Origin: a bacterium
GTDB lineage: Bacteria > UBA8248
DNA: 64,000 nt
Assembly (NCBI GenBank): GCA_963692865.2
Contig: OY843592.1
Span: forward strand, 2,592,001-2,656,000
Reading direction: 5' to 3'
Shown in pieces: positions 50,829-58,592 of the stretch. The position numbers were made by a program, and so were the translations under genes. Numbering within the stretch: the stretch's first letter is position 1; each line of letters begins with the position of its first letter. The notes under the pieces were generated by a model. It was not told the origin of the DNA, did no database searches, and saw nothing but the letters and a program-made list of their open reading frames with translations.

Positions 50829-52181
50829 ATGAGCGCCGAGCTTTTGATCAAGAACGCGAAAATCGTGACGCCCACGGACACCTACGAGGGCTGCGTCTAT
50901 GTGGAGGGGGGGCGGATCGCCGCTATCACGCAAAAAGCCGAGGCGAATGCGGCGCGGGAGATTGATGCGGAAGGCCGCTTTCTGCTGCCGGGCATGGTGG
51001 ATGAGCACGTGCACATGATGGACCCGGGCTTCACCGACCGCGAAGACTGGACGACGGGAACCGAGGCGGCGGCCAGGGGCGGCATCACCACCGTGATCGA
51101 CCACCACCGGAGCGACCCGCTCGTCTACACGCGGGAGATTCTGGAGGATAAAACCGCCTACATCGACTCGCGCTCGGTGGTGGATTTCGGGCAGTTGGGG
51201 GGCCTGGACGTGGACAACCTGGAACACCTGCGCCCCATGTGGGAAGGCGGCGCGCTGGGCTTCAAGGGCTTCATGTGCGATCTGCACGGCGTGCCGGATC
51301 TCTCAGAAGGCGTGCTCTTGAACATCATGCGCGAGGTCAAATCCTTCGGCGGCACGGTGATGCTGCACTGCGAGAGCGACTCCATCCTCAATAAAGCAAA
51401 AGAAAAAATCGACGCCGATAACCGGACGGACTACATGTGTATCACCGACTGGCGAACCCCCGAGAGCGAATACGTGGCGACGCTGGACGCCGTGGCGCTC
51501 GCTGAACTCACCGGCTGCACCGTGCTCGTGGCGCACGTGAGCCAGCCCGTTCTGCTCGAGGCCATCCAGGCGGCGCGCGGGCGGGGCGCGCGGATATACG
51601 CCGAAAGCTGCCCCCAGTATTTCTATCTCGACCACTCGCATCTGGAAGAACTCGGGCCGTTCGTCAAGTTCACGCCGGTCATCCGCTCGGCGGAGACGCG
51701 CGAGGGCATGCGCGCGGCGCTCGGGCGCGGCATGGTGGATACCATCGGCACCGACCACTGCCCCTTCCCCCGCCAGCGGAAGGTGGACGGCCTCGAGAAC
51801 ATCCACGAGGCGCCCTTCGGGATACCGGGGGTCGAAACCACGGTGCGCCTGATGCTGAACGCCGTGAGCGAGGGCGTCCTGACCTTGAACCAGATGGTGC
51901 GCGTCTGCTGTGAGCAGCCCGCGCGCGTCTTCAACATCCATCCCCGCAAGGGCTGCATCCAGGTGGGCGCGGATGCGGACTTCATCCTCGTGGACATGGA
52001 GCAGGAAGAGACGCTGCGCGATACGGACATCGTCTCCAAGTGCAAGTGGACGCCGTTCGACGGCTGGAAGGTGCGCGGCGCGCCCGTGATGACGCTCGTG
52101 CGCGGCGAGGTCGTCATGGAAGACGGCGAGGTGACCGGAAGAGCGGGCTACGGCGAGACCGTCGAGCGGGCGGGGGGGTGA
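50829..52181 (+). CDS. Cyclic amidohydrolase (allantoinase/dihydroorotase-like)
   Basis: DEHVH, AAARGGITT, GFKGFM, HCE, GTDHCP. Confidence 0.88.
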   Translation: MSAELLIKNAKIVTPTDTYEGCVYVEGGRIAAITQKAEANAAREIDAEGRFLLPGMVDEHVHMMDPGFTDREDWTTGTEAAARGGITTVIDHHRSDPLVYTREILEDKTAYIDSRSVVDFGQLGGLDVDNLEHLRPMWEGGALGFKGFMCDLHGVPDLSEGVLLNIMREVKSFGGTVMLHCESDSILNKAKEKIDADNRTDYMCITDWRTPESEYVATLDAVALAELTGCTVLVAHVSQPVLLEAIQAARGRGARIYAESCPQYFYLDHSHLEELGPFVKFTPVIRSAETREGMRAALGRGMVDTIGTDHCPFPRQRKVDGLENIHEAPFGIPGVETTVRLMLNAVSEGVLTLNQMVRVCCEQPARVFNIHPRKGCIQVGADADFILVDMEQEETLRDTDIVSKCKWTPFDGWKVRGAPVMTLVRGEVVMEDGEVTGRAGYGETVERAGG

Positions 52182-52196
52182 GGGGCGAACGCGACC

Positions 52197-52431
52197 GGGG
52201 CTGTTGGAAAACCCCGCCTCGCCTGGAATTGACCAGCGCCGTCATTCCGGCGAATGCCGGAATCCAGAGCCGAGGAGAATGGCGACGCTCCGGTTTTTCA
52301 TCCCCTACTCATTGGCGGGAATACGGAAGAAATCAAAATACAAAGGCAAAATCCCTGGATTCCGGCATGCGCCGGAATGACGAACAAAACCACCCCTCCT
52401 CGTAGTGACAGCCCCGAGGAGGGGCCGTCAC
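52197..52431. repeat. Left TIR, CGTC-REP doublet and abutted variant ends
   Basis: GGGGCTGTTGGAAAA at 52197; REPs at 52240-52266 and 52356-52382; GTGACAGCCCC-GAGGA-GGGGCCGTCAC at 52405-52431. Confidence 0.7.
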
Positions 52432-52495
52432 CGCAAAACCATCAAACCCCCTTCCTCGCCCTGAGCAGCCGCCTTAGGTCAAACGCGACCGAGAA

Positions 52496-52699
52496 GGGGC
52501 TGTTGAATAGCCCCGTTCCGGGGTCGGGCGGACACGCAGGTCCGCCCCTGCATTTCGTTTCGCAGAGGTTGGCAGGTCAGACATATATGTCTGACATATC
52601 ATGCGACCCGTATTGTGAAGGCGACAAGCCAGGACCGCATGATATGCGGCCCCTACGGTGAGATGCCGATCTGCTCGCAAGGGGTTTTTCAACAGCCCC
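52496..52699. mobile_element. 204-bp MITE-like element inserted in a family C repeat
   Basis: Ends GGGGCTGTTGAATA and TTTTTCAACAGCCCC; GAGAA duplicated at 52491-52495 and 52700-52704; cargo of GTAG-type hairpins. Confidence 0.85.
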
Positions 52700-52999
52700 G
52701 AGAAAGGAGCGTTCGTATCGAAGGACGAAATTCGCGCCCGCCGCAGAGATGCGCTGTGTTTGACCCTCCCTCCCCCCGGTCGGGTCAAACCTTCGATACG
52801 TCCTTCGACAGGCTCAGGACTGCTCAGGACGAGGATTCGGGGCGCTCGTCGGGACTGGCCACCGCCGTCGTTCAAAGGCGAAAAAAGCCCTCCCGAAAGC
52901 GCGCATTTCCCCGCATTTGCGTTGGATGGATGGCGGGTATGACCCGCATTCCGGCTGGACAATCGGCTCGTCTGAAGGCGCAGGAATTTCTGGAAAATT

Positions 53000-53088
53000 G
53001 GATAAATTCGGATAAATTTGGATAAATTCACGGGGTTTTTCGATAAATTATCGAGGGGAATTGCGGGGAGTTGCGGGGTATTGCGCGG
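53000..53088. repeat. Two short arrays of 10-bp tandem repeats
   Basis: GGATAAATTY x3 (53000-53029), a further copy at 53041-53050, and WRTTGCGSGG x3 (53059-53088). Confidence 0.7.
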
Positions 53089-53236
53089 CCCGAAATCTCC
53101 CTCCCGCTGAAACTTCGGGAGGATACCACGGCCCGGGAAGCGAGTGAGCAACGGTAAATGCGGGGGATTGCGTCCGCAAAACCGGCGGGATTCCCATTTG
53201 AACTCGATTCGGGATATGGCACATAAATCATTGATA

Positions 53237-54274
53237 TTACTTTCGTTTCTTCTCCATCTCCAGGAGTTTTCTCTTGCGCTCCACCCCCCAGCGGTAGCCC
53301 GCGAGGTCGCCGTCCCCCCGCACCACGCGGTGGCAGGGAACGAGCAGCGCCACCGGGTTTTCGGCGCATGCGCGCCCGACGGCTCGCGCGCCTTTCGGAA
53401 GCTCCAAGTCCTCCGCAATCTCCTTGTATGTCGTTGTATTTCCATGAGGTATGGATTCAAGCCTCTCCCACACGCGGCACTGGAAAGCGCTCGCGCGCAC
53501 GTCGAGCGGCAAGGATTCTGAGGGCGGTTCACCCTCGGCGAGACGCGCGACGACATTCAAGTAACCCTTTAGATCAACATCATTACGACTCAGATTCGCA
53601 TGGGGATACTCGTTTTTCAGATCGGATACGAGTTCGCCGACTCGCGCTCCGATGCTCACGCGGCAGACCCCCTTATCGGTAGCCGCCACCAGCAGCCTGC
53701 CCAGCCTGCAAGTAGTGGTCCCGTAGCGAATCGAAACGCCCTCCCCGCCCTTCTTGTAGGCGGCGGGCGTCATGCCCAGATAACGCGATGCGCCCTCGTA
53801 CACCCCCCTGCTCGAGCCGTAGCCGGCCTCATAGCCGGCGCCCGCCAGGTCGCGCCCGTTTTTCAATAACTCCTTGTAATTCTGCGCCTTAAGAGACTCC
53901 AGATACCGGCGGGGACTCACGCCCAGGGCCCGCTTGAAGGTGCGCTGCAAATGGTGGGGACTCAGGTCCACGCACCGCCCCAATTCGGCAAGAGTCGGGT
54001 TTTCATCCGCATGTTCTTCGATGTAGCGAACGGCTTTTCTCACCTTCTCCAGCCGTGGATCGTAGCCCGCATCCTGCGGGGCGCACCTGAGACAGGGCCT
54101 GAACCCGCGCGCCTCGGCCATCTCGGGGAATTCGAATATCAACACGTTGTTTTTCCTGGGCTTTCGGCTCGCGCAGGAAGGACGGCAATAGATACCGGTG
54201 GTGCGAACGGCGTATACGAAACGGCCATCGGCCTTTACGTCGCGGTCGAGGATGGCTTCCCATCGAGCATTCAT
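53237..54274 (-). CDS. ada: Bifunctional Ada regulator / O6-methylguanine-DNA methyltransferase
   Basis: TTGIYCRPSC, FRPCLRC, AraC HTH, PCHRV; start reassigned to ATG 54274. Confidence 0.95.
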   Translation of the reverse strand: MNARWEAILDRDVKADGRFVYAVRTTGIYCRPSCASRKPRKNNVLIFEFPEMAEARGFRPCLRCAPQDAGYDPRLEKVRKAVRYIEEHADENPTLAELGRCVDLSPHHLQRTFKRALGVSPRRYLESLKAQNYKELLKNGRDLAGAGYEAGYGSSRGVYEGASRYLGMTPAAYKKGGEGVSIRYGTTTCRLGRLLVAATDKGVCRVSIGARVGELVSDLKNEYPHANLSRNDVDLKGYLNVVARLAEGEPPSESLPLDVRASAFQCRVWERLESIPHGNTTTYKEIAEDLELPKGARAVGRACAENPVALLVPCHRVVRGDGDLAGYRWGVERKRKLLEMEKKRK

Positions 54275-54444
54275 TTTTACCTTGCAACCTCCCTGAAGAA
54301 ATGAGCGATTACCTGTTCTTTCATAATGTAATCGCAACGCCGGGAGTCTTCTATCCGATTCTTGCCGTCAAATTAGATTTTCCATATCGGGAGTCAAATG
54401 TATAATAGACATAAATTCAAATAGATACAAGGATTGTCTAGATT

Positions 54445-56121
54445 TCATGTCCCCGATCGGAAAACGATTTTCCCGCCGACCATCGTGAGCAGGGGTTTGA
54501 TGTCCTTGATTCGATCCGCAGGTATCGTCATGTAATCACGGTCGAGCACGACGAGATCCGCCAGTTTGCCTTTTTCGATGGAACCCAGCTCGTTTTCCTT
54601 GAAAAACAGGTATGCGTTCGAGCGCGTGTGGGCGATAAGCGCGTCTTTTCTGGAAACGGTTTCGGCCTCCGAAAGCGCCCTCTCCCCGCCCAGATCCATC
54701 CCCGTCACGGCCCACCACAGGGAGAGCATCGGCTGATAAGGGGATACGACGCCGGCGTCCGTGCCGAGCCCCCAAATGGCCCCGCTGTCTTGAACTGTCC
54801 TGAGTGGCGGGAGCGAGAGCGCCCGTTCCCCATATCGTCGCCTCAGCGCGGACCCTAGAATCGTCATTTTGCTGTGCAGGGCGAAAGTCATCCCGAGGGC
54901 TTTAGCGCGCTCGATGTTTCTCTTCGAGATGAAATCCGCGTGATGAATCGACCAGCGCAGATTCGTTATGTTCTTTTTTTGATTTATCTTCTCGAAAATA
55001 TCCAGATACCGCGTAATCGTGGTATTGCGAAAGGCATGTTCGTGGATCGTCCATCCCCCATCCGCGGCCGCATGTGAAACTTTTGCAAATTCAGCATAAT
55101 CCTCATCCGGGAACCGCGAGGGCCTGAATACCGAATCGTGGAGAGGCGCGTACATATGCTCCCCAAGCGCGATATTCCCCATCATCTTTGCGGATTTGTC
55201 CGGGCGGGAGTTTCGAACCCTCTCTATCACTCTTTTGTTCGCCTCGGGAGTACGAACCCGGAAGCGAGGCGTGTGAAATATCCTTAAACTGAGACCGTTT
55301 TTATCAGCCAATCTTCGCTTGATCATTTCATAAGTCGCATCCCGGACCCCGCCGCCGCCTAATTCGAATACACTCGTCACGCCGGCACGGTTGAAATCCG
55401 CCATCAGTTTTTTGAGGCCCGACACGATTTTATCGTCGGTAATCTGAGGCAAATATCGGCGCCAGAACCGGAAAATGGCCCGGCGGCCACGAATAACGCC
55501 CGTGGGAGCGCCGGACTCGTTTCTGGCAATCCGCCAGCCTCCCGGGGCTTCAAAATCCTCATCGATGCCCGCCTTCTCCAGTGCCATGCTGTTCAGAATC
55601 ATGAACCGGTACGATTCCTGGATGAAAACCGGATTGTTCGGAGCGGCCCTGTCCAACTCCGCTCTCGTGAACAATCCCGGCTTATCCCGGAATTGGCCGG
55701 GACTCCACCCACCAATCGTGAGCACCCACTCTCCGCGTTTCAGCGATTTCGCTTTGGCGGAGATGATGGAAAGCGCTTTTTTGCGCGAAGTAACCCCGTC
55801 GATTCTCGCTTCATGGTCCCAGCGCAACGCATGGCGGATGAAATGTACGTGGTTATCAATGAGGCCCGGAATCAGCGTTTTGCCTTTCAGATCAATCACT
55901 TTCGTATTGGAATTCACCAGTTGCCTTATCTGGGAATTACTCCCCACGGACAAGATGCGTTCACCCTGGACAGCTACTGCCTGCCGGGTGGAAAAGTCCG
56001 CATCGACGGTTACAATTTTGCCGTTCACCAGGGCGATATCCGCCGATTGAGCGAATGCAGGGAACGGGAGAACTCCCCAAACCACGAAAATGATTGCGAA
56101 TACTCTAAATTTCAGAGTCAT
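54445..56121 (-). CDS. Exported amidohydrolase 3 family (YtcJ-like) protein
   Basis: Signal peptide ending AFA; PGLIDNHVH, GTD, GSIEKGKLADLVVLDRD. Confidence 0.88.
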   Translation of the reverse strand: MTLKFRVFAIIFVVWGVLPFPAFAQSADIALVNGKIVTVDADFSTRQAVAVQGERILSVGSNSQIRQLVNSNTKVIDLKGKTLIPGLIDNHVHFIRHALRWDHEARIDGVTSRKKALSIISAKAKSLKRGEWVLTIGGWSPGQFRDKPGLFTRAELDRAAPNNPVFIQESYRFMILNSMALEKAGIDEDFEAPGGWRIARNESGAPTGVIRGRRAIFRFWRRYLPQITDDKIVSGLKKLMADFNRAGVTSVFELGGGGVRDATYEMIKRRLADKNGLSLRIFHTPRFRVRTPEANKRVIERVRNSRPDKSAKMMGNIALGEHMYAPLHDSVFRPSRFPDEDYAEFAKVSHAAADGGWTIHEHAFRNTTITRYLDIFEKINQKKNITNLRWSIHHADFISKRNIERAKALGMTFALHSKMTILGSALRRRYGERALSLPPLRTVQDSGAIWGLGTDAGVVSPYQPMLSLWWAVTGMDLGGERALSEAETVSRKDALIAHTRSNAYLFFKENELGSIEKGKLADLVVLDRDYMTIPADRIKDIKPLLTMVGGKIVFRSGT

Positions 56122-56330
56122 ACGTTACCCCCTAATTTCAATAACTTAACTCTCATTTACAATATTAAGCATTTAGACGATGAGCAGTTCCATAAAACTC
56201 TCCCGAAATATGAGTGTAGCAATACTCCTATGGTGGTGATACCATATTCATCTTGCTCACCACTTACAGCAAATGCGAGCAAATGCGTAGTTGGAGAGAT
56301 GGTAATTCTCACTGCCGAGGAGGACCAAAA

Positions 56331-57332
56331 ATGAATACTTCCAACAATTCAAACCAGCAAACTCTCAGACCCAAAACAACCGTGGCGCCTGTTACAGTCA
56401 TTCGATTTGGCGAGATGATGCCTGATTGGGGCGAATATCATGAGTCGCATGCCGAGGGGAACCACCGCGCGATATATCGATACATCGGTGGCATTTCCGG
56501 TCAGAACCTTCGCTCTCCCCTTCCCGGCTGGGAATTTACTTGTGGCATCGCCATGGCTCCTCCCCAAAACGGCGCGCCGCTTCACGATCACCCGGATGAA
56601 GAGATTTTCATGGTCTGGGAAGGCGAGTTCGAGATTTTCTGGGAAGACTTTGATTCCAAGGAACTTAAAAACGTGATTCTGGGCAAATACGATCTTATCC
56701 GCGTGCCATCAGGTGTGATGCGCGGTTTCAGAAACGTCGGGAAAGATGACGGGTTCCTTCATTTCATCCACGGCCAGGGCGATTACCAATATCCCGTCTA
56801 TCCCGAGTCGCTGCAAGAAGGCTTGCCTGGTGGCGTAAGAACCGAAGCTTACGTCAACCAACCCGCCTATGACCCGGCCACCCAGTTGGTGCGTTTCGAG
56901 GAGTGTCCGCGCAACTGGAGCGTATATCACGAAGCGAAATTGCCTGAGGGAGTTCGGTCTCTGAGGCGCTACATCGGCGGCGTATCCGGTGATACGGATG
57001 AAGGCCCACCGCCTTCTTTATCCGAAGGAGAAATCGGGTACGCCATGGTGGAATGCGGCAATGGCCGCGGCGCGCCGCTACATGACCATCCCTGTGAGGA
57101 ACTTTTTATCGCGCTGGAAGGCAGGTGGGTCGTCTACTGGGCTGATGAGCGTGGCAGCATCCATCAGGCCGTTCTGGAACCATGGGATGCCTGCTGGGTG
57201 CCCACCGGCGTGCAGCGCGGTTTTCGGAATGCCGACAAAACCGAAGGCAAAATCCACATCATCCAGGGACAAGGAGCAACCCCCGCCCCGAATTATACGG
57301 AGGATTATTCTGCGCTTAAGGCAGAAGTCTAG
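56331..57332 (+). CDS. Bicupin protein
   Basis: Duplicated GAPLHDHPxEE and VPxGVxRGFRN motifs; GAGGAGG RBS before ATG 56331. Confidence 0.85.
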   Translation: MNTSNNSNQQTLRPKTTVAPVTVIRFGEMMPDWGEYHESHAEGNHRAIYRYIGGISGQNLRSPLPGWEFTCGIAMAPPQNGAPLHDHPDEEIFMVWEGEFEIFWEDFDSKELKNVILGKYDLIRVPSGVMRGFRNVGKDDGFLHFIHGQGDYQYPVYPESLQEGLPGGVRTEAYVNQPAYDPATQLVRFEECPRNWSVYHEAKLPEGVRSLRRYIGGVSGDTDEGPPPSLSEGEIGYAMVECGNGRGAPLHDHPCEELFIALEGRWVVYWADERGSIHQAVLEPWDACWVPTGVQRGFRNADKTEGKIHIIQGQGATPAPNYTEDYSALKAEV

Positions 57333-57372
57333 TTATTCGGCGGACTTGTTTATCTATATGAAAAGATTGCTA

Positions 57373-58500
57373 TCAATGTCCCTCACCCAATGGCAATTGA
57401 ACGGCTTCGCCCGTTTGGGAGGACAACTCCATCGCTATCGTCACCTCCAGGGTTTGACGCGCATCCTCAGCCGTGGCGTGGGTTGTCGGCCTCCCGTTGA
57501 TTACATGGTCCAACCAGCTCCTGGTTTCATCGCCCAGTGGACCCCAATAATCACCCGCCGCCCAGTCACCTGGAGTCGTGCTGCTTAAAAATGCCGTGTT
57601 GATATGGTGATCCGGTATATACGTGTGGGGAATTCCCTTGTCGGTGTAGAGCATCTCGTCCTTGTGATCCTCATCGAGCATTAAAACGCCATCCGTGCCG
57701 TAAATCTCCATTCTCACACTCTGCCCCAGCGCCGGATATTTTGCAGGCAGGGCGTAAAAAACGCCCAAATTCATCACGGCTCCATTGTCGAACGTTACGA
57801 TGGACCATGTGACGTCGTTCGCCGAATAGCCATGTTCCTTATATATTTTGCCGTTTCCACGGGCGACCACTTCCACCGGTCGGTGGCCTTCCATGAACCA
57901 GCAGGTCATATCCACCCAATACGTGAGCACGTCGAGCACGGGCGTTGCGTGCGGCGAGCGCTTGAGTATCTGCAGTCCCTGGGCGCGGGTGTTGCAGGTT
58001 CGGCCCGTGCCTGCGAGAATTTCACCCAGCCTTCCCTGGATAATCTGTTCTTTCGCCATCTGGTAGCGACGTTTGAATCGTTGGGCATATCCCACCCTGA
58101 GTTCAGTGCCTGTTCTCTCCGCAGCGGAGAGTATGCGGTCGGCATCCTCCAAAGTCAGGGAAATCGGTTTTTCCACCAACACGGGCTTGCCTAATTCCAG
58201 GGCATGGATAATGGAATCGGCATGATCGTGCTCGGGCGTGGACACGATAACAGTCGTGACTTCGGGGTGTTCAATCACTTCTTCATTTCTGCCGGTAGCG
58301 AGTTGGGCGCCTACTTCCGACCCCAATTCTTTCGCCCGCTCCTGATCGATGTCGGAGACCGCCAAAAACTCAAGAGACGGGTGACGTGAAACCAGATTCG
58401 CCCGCAAGGTTCCTATCCTGCCGGAACCCACGACTCCCACACCCAATGGTTTCTTGTTCATTTTCGCCCTCTGGATTTTCTTAAGAATTTCATCAGACAA
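57373..58500 (-). CDS. Gfo/Idh/MocA family oxidoreductase
   Basis: GVVGSGRIG, VSTPEHDH, VEKP. Confidence 0.88.
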   Translation of the reverse strand: MSDEILKKIQRAKMNKKPLGVGVVGSGRIGTLRANLVSRHPSLEFLAVSDIDQERAKELGSEVGAQLATGRNEEVIEHPEVTTVIVSTPEHDHADSIIHALELGKPVLVEKPISLTLEDADRILSAAERTGTELRVGYAQRFKRRYQMAKEQIIQGRLGEILAGTGRTCNTRAQGLQILKRSPHATPVLDVLTYWVDMTCWFMEGHRPVEVVARGNGKIYKEHGYSANDVTWSIVTFDNGAVMNLGVFYALPAKYPALGQSVRMEIYGTDGVLMLDEDHKDEMLYTDKGIPHTYIPDHHINTAFLSSTTPGDWAAGDYWGPLGDETRSWLDHVINGRPTTHATAEDARQTLEVTIAMELSSQTGEAVQLPLGEGH

Positions 58501-58542
58501 ATCGTCCCAAGAAAAGAGATGCCCCTTTCATTGGGACAAAGT

Positions 58543-58568
58543 AAAAACCGGCCTCCTGAGAGACCGGC
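58543..58568 (-). terminator. Intrinsic terminator after pnp
   Basis: Minus strand reads CCGGTCTC-TCAG-GAGGCCGG followed by TTTTT. Confidence 0.7.
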
Positions 58569-58592
58569 TCACGTATCAAAATCTGGGGTTCA

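Noticed and set aside
32319-52833. Repeat clusters as a CRISPR array
   Set aside because: The units are inverted palindromes with irregular spacing, not direct repeats with constant-length unique spacers; no cas genes.
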